A DNA stretch of 64,000 nucleotides from Spirochaetota bacterium. Its GTDB lineage: Bacteria; Spirochaetota; UBA4802; UBA5550. The stretch covers positions 20,216 to 84,215 of the forward strand of contig JAJRXZ010000004.1 in the NCBI GenBank assembly GCA_024276015.1, in the 5' to 3' direction. Below are positions 50,701 to 60,868 of this stretch, piece by piece (the first letter of the stretch is position 1; each line of letters begins with the position of its first letter). Both the position numbers and the translations under genes were made by a program. The notes beneath the pieces are model-generated. The model saw only the letters and a program-made list of their open reading frames with translations. It had not been told where the DNA came from and ran no database searches.

Positions 50701-52572
50701 TTAAGCAGAGAAGCTGCTGTTATTTATATTTATAACTGAAAGGTCTTCGCTTTTTATTGCTTTTGCAAATGATTCGGACAGAGGCAGAACATTTTTTATG
50801 TAATATCTTGCGCTGTACAGTTTACCGCTGTAAAATGCCGCTTCTCTGTTGTCTGCAATGAAATTATTTACCCTTTCTTTATCTCCGGGATCTATTCTAT
50901 TGGATTCGTAGATTGAGGCAAGTTTCTGCGATGCGATCCCGGCCTGCCAGAAGAGGAGCCATGCCAGGCATATATTTCCCAGCATAGTAATAAAGGGATA
51001 GGCATTTGAAATCGGAATAAGAAATTTACCCTTTTCGCTGCATTTTGCAAAAAAGATGCCGGTCTCCGCAAGAAGGTTTATATAGGTCTGCATTTCATCT
51101 GCAATGTCTTTTATCTCTTTAATATCTTTAAATCGGGCTACGGTTTTGTTCATCTCAGATAGGAGAGTAATAAAGTATTTCCCTTTTTTCTGACCAAGTT
51201 TCCTTCCAACCAGGTCAAGTGCCTGAATTCCGTTTGTTCCTTCATAGATAGATGCAATTTTAAGGTCTCTCATAAACTGTTCCACAGGGTAATCCTGGCA
51301 GTATCCGTATCCGCCATAGACCTGCATCGCAGTTTCGGTTACCCTGAAGCCGGTGTCGCTGCAATAAGCTTTGCAGACAGGAGTCAGTATTTCCAAAAGG
51401 CCTTTCCATTTTTCATATTCTTCATGATCTTCATTCAGTATCTGTATTTTGTCAAAGCAGATCCCGCTGAAATAGATGAGCGCTCTCATGCCTTCAACGT
51501 TTGATTTCATCCAGAGGAGCATCCTTCTTACGTCGGGATGTTCAATGATAGCGACTCTGGGAGCTTCGGGGTTCTGCATGTTCATAATACTGGTCCCCTG
51601 TTTTCTTTCCGAAGCATATTTCAGCGCGTGAAGGTAAGCGGCGCCTGCTGTTCCCATCCCCTGAAGACCCACATCAATTCTTGCCTCATTCATTAGCTGA
51701 AACATTACTTTCATGCCTTTGCGTTCTTCTCCGAGAAGTTCTCCGTAGCATTCGCCGTTATCGCCAAAATTAATAGAACAGGTTGAACTTCCCCTGAGCC
51801 CCATTTTATGTTCAATTCCGCTGATAGAATAATCGTTCCTTTTTCCTATGGAACCGTCTTCATTAACAATAAACTTCGGGACAAGAAAAATTGATATGCC
51901 CTTTGTGCCGGCCGGATCGCCTTCAATTCTTGCCAGCACCGGATTGATTATATTTTCAAAAAGATCGGATTCTGCTCCTGTAATAAATATTTTCGATCCT
52001 GTGATTTTGTAGGAACCGTCAGTCTGTTTCACGGCTTTTGTTTTGAGGCTGCCCACGTCCGACCCTGCATCAGGTTCGGTAAGAGCCATTGAGCCGCCCC
52101 AAAGACCTGTATACATCTTTTCCATATATTTCTTTTTCTGTTCATCGCTGCCGAATTTTTCGATCAGATGGGCGGCGCCCACGCTGAGAAATATGTAAGA
52201 GTGAAATGCGTAATTGTGCACAAAATATTCGCATACTGCGAGATGCATTGTGTATGGGAAACCCTGTCCGCCTGCTTCAGGCGATACTGACAGCAGGTTC
52301 CATCCTCCTTCAATGAATTTTTCTTTAATTTTATGAAATGATCTCGGCACAAAAACCTTGCCGTTTTCCAGACGGCAGCCTTCTCTGTCTGCCTCCATCA
52401 TTGTGGGATAAATTTCCTCTTGGGCTAATCTCCCTGCGATATCAAGCGTCATGTCGAATTCGTCTCTGGAAAATTCGCTGTATGGGCCCCTTTTGCACAG
52501 TTCTTCTTCTATATTGAGCATTTCATAAAGAATAAATTCCTGATCCCTTTTATCAACCAATAGATTACTCAT
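50701..52572 (-). CDS. Acyl-CoA dehydrogenase (long, FadE/AcdA-like)
   Basis: 623 aa. ACAD middle and C-terminal domain motifs (…TEPDAGSDVGS…, YEGTNGIQALD). Confidence 0.85.
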   Translation of the reverse strand: MSNLLVDKRDQEFILYEMLNIEEELCKRGPYSEFSRDEFDMTLDIAGRLAQEEIYPTMMEADREGCRLENGKVFVPRSFHKIKEKFIEGGWNLLSVSPEAGGQGFPYTMHLAVCEYFVHNYAFHSYIFLSVGAAHLIEKFGSDEQKKKYMEKMYTGLWGGSMALTEPDAGSDVGSLKTKAVKQTDGSYKITGSKIFITGAESDLFENIINPVLARIEGDPAGTKGISIFLVPKFIVNEDGSIGKRNDYSISGIEHKMGLRGSSTCSINFGDNGECYGELLGEERKGMKVMFQLMNEARIDVGLQGMGTAGAAYLHALKYASERKQGTSIMNMQNPEAPRVAIIEHPDVRRMLLWMKSNVEGMRALIYFSGICFDKIQILNEDHEEYEKWKGLLEILTPVCKAYCSDTGFRVTETAMQVYGGYGYCQDYPVEQFMRDLKIASIYEGTNGIQALDLVGRKLGQKKGKYFITLLSEMNKTVARFKDIKEIKDIADEMQTYINLLAETGIFFAKCSEKGKFLIPISNAYPFITMLGNICLAWLLFWQAGIASQKLASIYESNRIDPGDKERVNNFIADNREAAFYSGKLYSARYYIKNVLPLSESFAKAIKSEDLSVININNSSFSA

Positions 52573-52767
52573 TTTATAACTCCTGTATTATATTTTAAAG
52601 GCATTTTGTTGACTAAAAACTATAAAATTAAACTAATTATAATTAGCTTAATTTTATTGTCCATTATTTTTTAGTTTGTACAGAAAAAAGAGAAGCAATT
52701 ACGGGTTTAAGATTTCATTGACTTTCACATGCCCGCTCACGAGCTCTTTCAGCAGTTTTATATTTTC

Positions 52768-53742
52768 TTAATCCTCAATTGAAAGAAGAGGTTCCATGTC
52801 GTCAATCTGTTTTGCAACCTGAAATGTATCTCCCTTCACTGTCATCAGGGGGATATCCTTTTCCGATGCCATTGATATGATGTTTGCAGGAGGCAGAATA
52901 TCATTTGAAAGGACAATTGCCGATGTGTCGCTTTCAAGAGCGGTTAAAATAATATCGCTCCTGTCGCCGCTTGTTATGATAAGTTTTTTTTCTCTGCGAA
53001 AAAGTATATGCCTCAGCATTTCGCCGGATGACATTGCGCCAACAAGTATGTTTTTTACCACTTTGTTGAGGCCTTTTTCGCCGGCAATAATATTTGCGTT
53101 AATTCTTTCCGTTAGAAATCTTACCGTAAAGTTGTTTAATTCGTCTCTGAAGGGAATTACGCCGAGAATTTTAAAACCGAGTTCTTTTATTTCTTCAAAA
53201 CATGACTTTTTAAAATCATCAGGATAATTCACCCTGTTTATTATTACTCCGCTGATCGCACCGGTTTTACGGTTCATATATTTGTTCATATATGTCAGTT
53301 CGTCAATGATCATATCTTCATTTCCGCTGACAACAATAATAAGCTCCGCATCGAGGTTAACAGAAAGCGAGAAGGGATCCAATAAAACCGAAGCTCCGTA
53401 TGAGAGGGTTCTCCCTCCCTCAATGAATAATATGTCCTTCCCCGATCCGGCCTTTTCAGCCATTCGTATCAGTTCGTTTTTGATATTATCGTTATTATAT
53501 TTGTATTTTAATTTACAGTGGTCAAATCCGAGGGACAGTTCTTCCGGTTTGGCGCCTGAGTTGGTAATATCTGTTATAAGCCTTGAATCGGAATCAAAAT
53601 TTATTTTGCCTTTGCGGATCAGCCGGTCGCCCACAGGCTTTATATATGAACAGTTTTTATTCATAAGGGACATTATTATACCGGCAATGATACTTGTTTT
53701 GCCGGCATTGCCTTTTACTGATCCAACTACTATCCTTTTCAT
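52768..53742 (-). CDS. Pta N-terminal-like protein (BioD-like P-loop domain + DRTGG domain), lacking the phosphotransacetylase catalytic domain
   Basis: N-terminus (MKRIVVGSVKGNAGKTSIIAGI). Resembles the regulatory N-terminal half of E. coli-type Pta. No PTA_PTB domain follows. Confidence 0.55.
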   Translation of the reverse strand: MKRIVVGSVKGNAGKTSIIAGIIMSLMNKNCSYIKPVGDRLIRKGKINFDSDSRLITDITNSGAKPEELSLGFDHCKLKYKYNNDNIKNELIRMAEKAGSGKDILFIEGGRTLSYGASVLLDPFSLSVNLDAELIIVVSGNEDMIIDELTYMNKYMNRKTGAISGVIINRVNYPDDFKKSCFEEIKELGFKILGVIPFRDELNNFTVRFLTERINANIIAGEKGLNKVVKNILVGAMSSGEMLRHILFRREKKLIITSGDRSDIILTALESDTSAIVLSNDILPPANIISMASEKDIPLMTVKGDTFQVAKQIDDMEPLLSIED

Positions 53743-53754
53743 CTGTTTGTCTCC

Positions 53755-55881
53755 TTATTGGTTTGTAATAAGTATCCTTACATCAATAGCCTTTAATCCC
53801 TTTTTCTTTTCATATACCATTACCGGATTGATTTCAATATCCCTTATTTCGGGGCATTTTTGTATTATTGTACTTACTTTGATGATTGTGTCAACAACGC
53901 CTTCAATATCTTTTCTTTTACTTCCTCTGGCGCCGAGAAGAAGGGGATATGATTTGATCTCGCTGAGCATTTTTGCCGCTTATTTCCTGTTCAGAGGCAG
54001 TCCTCTGAAAGTAATATCCTTCATTATCTCAACATAGATGCCTCCGAGGCCGCACATTACAATGGGCCCGAATGATGGGTCTCTTCTTGCTCCGATAATA
54101 AGCTCAACATCGGGGTCAACCATTTCACTGACTTCAATTCCGTCAATTCTTGCGTCGCTTTTGTAGGATTTGGCATTGTATATTATTGCTTCATAGGCAT
54201 CGATGGCTTCTTCATCCTTTTCAATGTTAAGAATTATGCCTCCGGCATCGCTCTTATGGAGGATATCTCTGGAAACGATCTTCATAACAACAGGATAACC
54301 TATTTCGCCGGCAAAGGCCAGCGCTTCCTCGAGGTTATGCGCTATTTTGGCAGCAGGTATGCTGATGCCTGTACTTCCGACGATTTCTATCCCCTCGCTG
54401 GAAAAGAGGAAGTTTCGTCCCTCTGCAAGGGCATTGGTAATTATTGAATTGATCGGTTCGGTGCATATATCGGCTTCGTCAACCGAATCCGAATATTCGT
54501 CAATATATTTTTTATATTTGTATGATGCAGCCAGTGATGATACTGCATCCCTTACGTCTCCGTAAACGGGAATACTTTCTTTTTTAAGAGTTAAAATTGA
54601 GTTTTCAACTGATGCGCCGCCTACTATTGCATAGCTGATGGGTTTCCCTCTGTCAAAGTGTGTTTTACAGGTATCTCTTATCATGGGAGTGAGGTTGTGG
54701 GAATCGAATGTTGCAGTTTCGCAATAGAGAGCAATTGTAGAGTCCATATGTTTGCTCAGAGCAGGCGCAGAAAGCGCCAGGACGTAGTCCTCCGATACTG
54801 CGCCCCCGGTAATATCTACGGGGTTTTTTGTTGATCCGAAGGATGGAGTGGCAGGTCCAAAAACCTCTTTAAGTATCTCCTGGTCGTCATATAGTTCGAT
54901 CCCATACTTCTCACAGGCGTCTGTGGCAAGAACCCCAATTCCTCCGCCGTTGGTAACAATTACGCATCGGCTGCCTTTGGGTCGGGGACTTGTGGACAGA
55001 AATTTGCACCAGTTAAAAGCTTCTTCAATGCTGTCTGTCCTTAAAACGCCGCACTGTTTCATGATAGCGTCAAAAACCGCGTCTGAACCGGCAAGGGATC
55101 CGGTATGCGATGCAGCAGCCATGGCGCCTCTTTTTGACCTTCCCGATTTGATAACTACTACCGGTTTTTTCAGAGTTGCCCTTTTGAGCGTTTCGATGAG
55201 AACTTTCCCGTTTTTTACTCCTTCAATATACATAAGTATAACTTTGGTCTCGTCCTGTTCTGTCAGATATTCAAGAAGTTCGGCTTCGTCAAGGTCGGAT
55301 TTATTTCCAATGGATACTATTGCAGAAAGCCCTATGTTATCAACAGCGGTTTTACCTATCATGGCAATCCCCAGGGCTCCGCTCTGTGTGAGTATGGCAA
55401 CATTGCCCGGCATGATCTTTGATGCTGAGAAGGTCGAGTTCAGCGATGATGACGACGAGTAGAGCCCGAAAATATTGGGCCCCAGAATCCTCATTCCTGC
55501 GGATCTCGCTATGGATACGATCTTTCTCTCTTCTTCAAGGCGCCCGATTTCGGAGAATCCGGAAGTTATAATCTGGACATGCTTTACTCCTTTATCTGCG
55601 CAGTTTTGAACCGCTTACGTTACATATTGCGCCGGAATAGCAATTGAAGCAACATCAACAGCGCCTTTAATATCCAGAATATTTTTATATGCTTTTCTGC
55701 CCGAGATCTCGCCTCCTGCCGGATTTACCGGATAAACTTTGCCTTTAAAAGCGCCCTCTATTATATTTTTTAAAATTATGTGACCTATTTTCTCCCGGTT
55801 TTTTGATGCGCCGATAACTGCAATGCTTTCCGGTTCAAAAAGAGATTTAATGGCACTGTTCTTTGTTTTTATTTTGTCCAT
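53755..55881 (-). pseudogene. ADP-forming acetyl-CoA synthetase (acetate--CoA ligase, fused alpha/beta), interrupted by two in-frame TAA codons (55615-55617 and 53980-53982)
   Basis: Three consecutive same-frame ORFs (55615..55881, 53980..55494, 53755..53970). The 120-nt gap translates without stops in the same frame. All three pieces align to CoA-binding, CoA-ligase and ATP-grasp segments of NDP-forming acyl-CoA synthetases with no indels. Confidence 0.75.
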
Positions 55882-55953
55882 AGAATATCAATATACTGTT
55901 AATATGCTTTTTTTCAAAATTTTTTGTTAAGGGATGGTAAAATCCTTGATCTT

Positions 55954-56619
55954 TTATTTCTGGTCTTTTTGAACCCACAGCGTTGCTCTTTGCACAAGCT
56001 CAATGGCGCTTTTCAGGCTCAATTTTTCTTTGATATGAACTCTGTGATTTTCAACTGTTTTTATGCTTATATTTAATTTATAGGCAACCTGTCTTGTTCC
56101 CAGTCCCTGTCCTATGAGTTCAAAGACTTCAAGTTCTCTGTCCGTTAAAAGATCCACAGGAGAGCTGTCGATTCTGGATTTGCCGTCCAGCATCATGCTG
56201 AAAATTCTTGTGGCTATCTGGTCGCTCACATATATATTCCCTTTAAGAACATGGTGAATTGCTTTGATTATTGTTTCCGGAGCCTCCTGTTTCATTACAT
56301 AACCTTTGGCTCCGGCTTTCAATGTTCTTTCGGCATATATCTTTTCATCGTGCATTGATAAGACAATAATGGGCATATTGGGAAATTTTATTCTGGAGTC
56401 CTTTATAAGGTCTATGCCGCTTCTGTCTTTCAGCGTAATATCAATGATCACGAGATCCGGTTTTTTTTCCTCAAATCCTTTGAATGCATTGAATGTATCT
56501 TCCGCTTCTCCGCATACAGTGAGGTCCTTTTCATTATTGATCAACTGTGCCAGGCCTTTCCTGAAAATAGGGTGGTCTTCCACAATGAATATTTTGGTTA
56601 TGTTTTTTGCTGAAATCAT
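55954..56619 (-). CDS. Response regulator, NarL/FixJ (LuxR-type HTH) family
   Basis: Receiver domain (IFIVEDHP…DLVIIDITL). LuxR HTH (LTDRELEVFELIGQGLGTRQVAYKLNISIKTVENHR). Confidence 0.9.
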   Translation of the reverse strand: MISAKNITKIFIVEDHPIFRKGLAQLINNEKDLTVCGEAEDTFNAFKGFEEKKPDLVIIDITLKDRSGIDLIKDSRIKFPNMPIIVLSMHDEKIYAERTLKAGAKGYVMKQEAPETIIKAIHHVLKGNIYVSDQIATRIFSMMLDGKSRIDSSPVDLLTDRELEVFELIGQGLGTRQVAYKLNISIKTVENHRVHIKEKLSLKSAIELVQRATLWVQKDQK

Positions 56620-56715
56620 TAATAAATCCCATTTGTTTATATTTATGTAGATTAATGATTTGTATAAAAAGATAATTTACAGTTTTATTATTTTAAGCAA
56701 TATAATTTCTCTGAA

Positions 56716-58110
56716 TTAATTTTTTTTCAGAATACAGGTTACACTGGTACCGCCTGTATCATTTTGACCGATATTAAGAGATGAGTTGATAATACGGGCC
56801 CTGTATTTCATTATATTTATTCCCATGCCTTTCCTCCTGTCAAGAAGCTTTTCAATACCGATCCCGTCGTCTCTGACTCTTAATGTTATTTCTCCGTTTA
56901 CCTCGTTGAGCTCTACGGTAATATTTTTTGCTTTACTGTGCTTTATGGAGTTGTTAACCGCCTCCTGCGCTATGAGGAAGAGGTGTATTGCCACTATGTT
57001 CTCTTTAATTGAAACAGATTTGATATGTTCAAAATTGCATTTTATTCCGTAGAGTCTTTCAACATTATTGAGCAGTTCGTCAAGAGCAAAGATCAGGCCG
57101 TCCGCGTCGATATCAACGGGACTCAACCCTTTAACAAGCTGCCTTGTGTGGTTAATGGCTTGTGTGATATGCTCATTTATTTCCTCCAGGTCTTTTGCCT
57201 CGCTCATCAATTGTTTTGCTTCAAGTTTCTTTTTCAGTATATTTGTCATAAATTTAATTCCCACAAGGTGAGGCCCCAGCCCGTCGTGAAGGTCATTCCC
57301 TATCTGCTGTCTCTCCTGTTCGCTTACTCTGATTATCTCGCTTTCAAGGCGTTTCTGTTCGGATATGTTCATAAATGAAGCAACGCTCTTTTTAGTGCCG
57401 GGGATCATATCGGCTGTCATATATATCTCTTTGATTATGCCGTATCTGTCAATAAATCTGAACTCATAGTTTCTGGGAGCGGCAGCGGGATCAATTCTTC
57501 TCAGTTTATGATATTCGAGCATTTTTTCCAGGTCTTCTTCTGCAATAAATTCGGTCCAGCTTTTTTTGCCTTCAATTTCATCTCTGCTGTAGGCTGACAG
57601 CAGCTCAAATTCTCTGTTAACCAGTGATATTGTTGTATCTTCTTCGATAAAAATTGTTGCATTCCCGGTGTTTTCAAAGATCGTACGGTAAATCCCTTCA
57701 CTTTCTCTCAGTTTCCGGTCTATTCTCTCCCTGTACAGCGTGATTTCAATGGCGCTGTAAAGATTTTTAAGATTTATAGGTTTTACCAGATATTCATAGG
57801 GTTCGGTAATTTTATCTTTTTTCAATACGGATATTTCAGGGTATTCGATAAGATAGATAATGGGTATTTTGAAATCTTCCTTAATAGTATCAGAAAAAGA
57901 GATATTATTTGTAACTCTGTTCAGGTCGGTATCCAGCATTATCAGGTCGGGTTTGTTTTTAAATATCTCTCTGATACATTCGTCAACAGAGTCTAAAAGC
58001 GCTGTTACTTCATAACCGAGCTTATTGAGATTATTCTTAATATCTTTTGCAATATTTTTCTTTTTTTCAATTATAAGAATTTTTGCGGCATTTGTTTTCT
58101 GTTCTTTCAT
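56716..58110 (-). CDS. Sensor histidine kinase with N-terminal receiver domain, PAS, HisKA_3 (NarX/DegS-type) and HATPase_c
   Basis: H-box (ERQQIGNDLHDGLGPHL). C-terminal HATPase motifs. N-terminal REC-like segment. Confidence 0.85.
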   Translation of the reverse strand: MKEQKTNAAKILIIEKKKNIAKDIKNNLNKLGYEVTALLDSVDECIREIFKNKPDLIMLDTDLNRVTNNISFSDTIKEDFKIPIIYLIEYPEISVLKKDKITEPYEYLVKPINLKNLYSAIEITLYRERIDRKLRESEGIYRTIFENTGNATIFIEEDTTISLVNREFELLSAYSRDEIEGKKSWTEFIAEEDLEKMLEYHKLRRIDPAAAPRNYEFRFIDRYGIIKEIYMTADMIPGTKKSVASFMNISEQKRLESEIIRVSEQERQQIGNDLHDGLGPHLVGIKFMTNILKKKLEAKQLMSEAKDLEEINEHITQAINHTRQLVKGLSPVDIDADGLIFALDELLNNVERLYGIKCNFEHIKSVSIKENIVAIHLFLIAQEAVNNSIKHSKAKNITVELNEVNGEITLRVRDDGIGIEKLLDRRKGMGINIMKYRARIINSSLNIGQNDTGGTSVTCILKKN

Positions 58111-58365
58111 AGTTTTCTATTACTGAATTATCAAAATAATACCATAGTATTCAACAGTTGAGATTAAATTTATAAGAGATCAAGTTTTTTTCTGTTTAGT
58201 TTCGCAATAAATACTTTTAATGTATGCAAAGAACAGTATCAGTAAATAGTATTTGATTATTCGACGATAATTATATTTGTGAAAAATTAAAATATTTTAT
58301 ATAATTAATATTAAAAAATGCTTGGAAAATTACGCAATATAACTTTACAATGACCAAATATTTAG

Positions 58366-58403
58366 CTTAAGTAAATATTCACATATATAAATATTTACTT
58401 AAG
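58366..58403. promoter_or_regulatory. Perfect 14-bp inverted repeat CTTAAGTAAATATT-N10-AATATTTACTTAAG upstream of the leucine-catabolic operon
   Basis: Read directly from the sequence. Lies 60 nt upstream of the MCC-beta start, in the divergent region shared with the HK-RR operon. Confidence 0.45.
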
Positions 58404-58463
58404 TGTCAATTGATTTTAACTGAAAAACAGTATTTTCCAGCTCAATTTAAGGAGCAATTAAAT

Positions 58464-60068
58464 ATGATACTTAAAAGTTCTATAAACAGAAATTCGCCCG
58501 AATATAAAAGCAACAGTGATGCAATGACTGCTCTTGTTGCGGATCTGAAACAGAAGGTTTCGCTTATAATTCAGGGCGGCAATGAAAAGGCGCGGGCAAA
58601 GCATACAGGCAGAAACAAGCTCCTGCCAAGGGAGCGGATCCGCCGGCTTCTCGATGCGGGCGCTCCTTTTCTTGAGCTGTCGCAATTTGCGGCATGGGGG
58701 ATGTATAACAACGAAGTGCCGGCTGCGGGGATAATTACCGGTATAGGACGTGTGGCGGGGCAGGAGTGCGTAATAATTGCAAATGACGCTACTGTAAAGG
58801 GAGGTTCCTATTTCCCTCTGACTGTTAAAAAACACCTGCGGGCTCAGGAAATTGCCGAGGAAAATCATCTGCCATGTATATATCTGGTAGATTCGGGCGG
58901 AGCCAATCTTCCTGAGCAGGATGAAGTTTTTCCGGACTCCAAACATTTCGGGCGGATCTTTTACAATCAGGCAAATATGTCGGCAAAGGAGATCCCTCAG
59001 ATAGCGGTAGTTATGGGTTCCTGTACTGCAGGCGGCGCCTATGTTCCTGCAATGGCCGATGAAAGCATTATTGTAAAAAATCAGGGAACCATCTTTCTTG
59101 GAGGCCCGCCCCTTGTTAAGGCTGCAACAGGCGAAGTTGTCAGCGCAGAGGATCTGGGCGGAGCAGATGTACACTGTCGTATCTCCGGAGTAACAGACCA
59201 TTATGCCCTGAATGACGTACATGCTCTTGGCATTACAAGGCGGATCGTGAAGAGCCTCAACAGAGTTAAACGTCCCGATCTGGAGATCCGTAAACCTATG
59301 GAACCGCTTTATGACCCGACTGAACTTTACGGAGTTGTGCCTGCGGATATACGAAAACCCTATGATGTGCGGGAGGTTATTGCCCGTATTGTTGACGGAA
59401 GCATGTTTGATGAATTCAAAAAACTCTATGGAGAAACAATGGTGTGCGGCTTTGCCCATATTTTCGGATATCCTGTGGGGATCCTGGCAAACAACGGCAT
59501 ATTATTTTCCGAATCGGCAATTAAGGGGGCTCATTTCGTGCAGATATGCTCACAGAGGGGCATCCCTCTTATTTTTCTTCAAAATATATCGGGCTTCATG
59601 GTCGGAAGCAAATATGAAGCCGGAGGAATTGCCAAAGACGGTGCTAAACTGGTTACTGCAGTGGCCTGTTCACGGGTGCCAAGATTTACCGTAATTATAG
59701 GCGGCAGTTTCGGCGCCGGCAACTACGGTATGTGCGGCAGGGGATACAGCCCCAGGTTCCTCTGGATGTGGCCTAATGCCCGTATATCCGTAATGGGCGG
59801 CGAGCAGGCGGCAAACGTTCTGGCGCAGGTAAAGCGCGACAGTATGGAATTCAGAGGGGAGACCTGGTCAAAAGAAGAAGAGGAAGCCTTTAAGAAACCG
59901 ATAAGAGAGCAGTACGAAACTCAGGGACATCCTTACTATGCCAGCGCCAGACTGTGGGATGACGGAATAATAGACCCTGCCGATACAAGGATGGTGCTGG
60001 GTCTTGGAATTTCGGCATCATTAAATGCCCCAATAGAAAAGACAAAATTCGGTATATTCAGGATGTAA
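58464..60068 (+). CDS. Methylcrotonyl-CoA carboxylase carboxyltransferase (beta) subunit
   Basis: Carboxyltransferase domain. AAGGAG RBS 9 nt before the ATG at 58464. The N-terminal region resembles MCCase beta. Confidence 0.82.
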   Translation: MILKSSINRNSPEYKSNSDAMTALVADLKQKVSLIIQGGNEKARAKHTGRNKLLPRERIRRLLDAGAPFLELSQFAAWGMYNNEVPAAGIITGIGRVAGQECVIIANDATVKGGSYFPLTVKKHLRAQEIAEENHLPCIYLVDSGGANLPEQDEVFPDSKHFGRIFYNQANMSAKEIPQIAVVMGSCTAGGAYVPAMADESIIVKNQGTIFLGGPPLVKAATGEVVSAEDLGGADVHCRISGVTDHYALNDVHALGITRRIVKSLNRVKRPDLEIRKPMEPLYDPTELYGVVPADIRKPYDVREVIARIVDGSMFDEFKKLYGETMVCGFAHIFGYPVGILANNGILFSESAIKGAHFVQICSQRGIPLIFLQNISGFMVGSKYEAGGIAKDGAKLVTAVACSRVPRFTVIIGGSFGAGNYGMCGRGYSPRFLWMWPNARISVMGGEQAANVLAQVKRDSMEFRGETWSKEEEEAFKKPIREQYETQGHPYYASARLWDDGIIDPADTRMVLGLGISASLNAPIEKTKFGIFRM

Positions 60069-60072
60069 TATT

Positions 60073-60864
60073 ATGAATGAAAAAACCATAATGATTGATG
60101 TTGATGAGAAGGGCAGGGCAACCGTAACTTTAAATAGGCCTGCTATGCACAATGCCTTTGACGATTCCCTTATAGCTCTGCTGACCGATGAATTAAAGCG
60201 GTTAGATAGGGACTCGAATATACGCGTTGTTGTGCTGGCTGCAAAGGGCAAGAATTTTTCTGCAGGAGCCGATCTGAACTGGATGAAGCGTATGGCCGGT
60301 TATTCCCTTGAGGAAAATCTTGAAGATGCAAAAAAACTTGCGCACTTGATGAAAACTCTTAACGGGCTGTCAAAGCCTGTAATTGCAGCGGTGCAGGGAG
60401 CGGCATTCGGCGGCGGAGTTGGTCTTGTTGCATGCTGCGATATTGTAATTGCAAGCACGCGGGCAAGTTTTTCCCTTTCGGAAGTTAAGCTGGGGCTCAT
60501 TCCTTCTGTGATCTCCCCCTATGTTGCGGATGCAATTGGCAGCCGTGCCGCAAGGCGTTATTTTCTTACAGGAGAGCGTTTCAGCGCAGAGGAAGCATAC
60601 AGGCTGGGACTGGTAAATGAAGTTGTAGAGGAAGATGAATTAAATTCTGCTGTTGAAAAGATCTGTCATATTCTTCTTCAGAACGGGCCCGAAGCGATCG
60701 GTGAGGCTAAAAAACTGATCGCCTCGGTTTCGCGCGGCAATATCGACGAGAATATGATCAACAGAACGGCTCACTGGATTGCAGAAGTGCGTGCGTCTCA
60801 CGAGGGAAGGGAAGGCCTTTCGGCATTTCTGGAAAAACGCAAACCCAATTGGATCAGAGGATAG
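60073..60864 (+). CDS. Enoyl-CoA hydratase/isomerase family protein (methylglutaconyl-CoA hydratase-like)
   Basis: Crotonase fold motifs (…AAVQGAAFGGGVGLVACCD…). Confidence 0.8.
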   Translation: MNEKTIMIDVDEKGRATVTLNRPAMHNAFDDSLIALLTDELKRLDRDSNIRVVVLAAKGKNFSAGADLNWMKRMAGYSLEENLEDAKKLAHLMKTLNGLSKPVIAAVQGAAFGGGVGLVACCDIVIASTRASFSLSEVKLGLIPSVISPYVADAIGSRAARRYFLTGERFSAEEAYRLGLVNEVVEEDELNSAVEKICHILLQNGPEAIGEAKKLIASVSRGNIDENMINRTAHWIAEVRASHEGREGLSAFLEKRKPNWIRG

Positions 60865-60868
60865 CAAT

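Noticed and set aside
53970-55620. Frameshift interpretation of the broken acetyl-CoA synthetase gene
   Set aside because: Coordinate arithmetic (55881-55494 = 387 = 3x129; 55494-53970 = 1524 = 3x508) and direct reading show all three pieces are in the same frame, with TAA codons between them. These are in-frame stops, not frameshifts.
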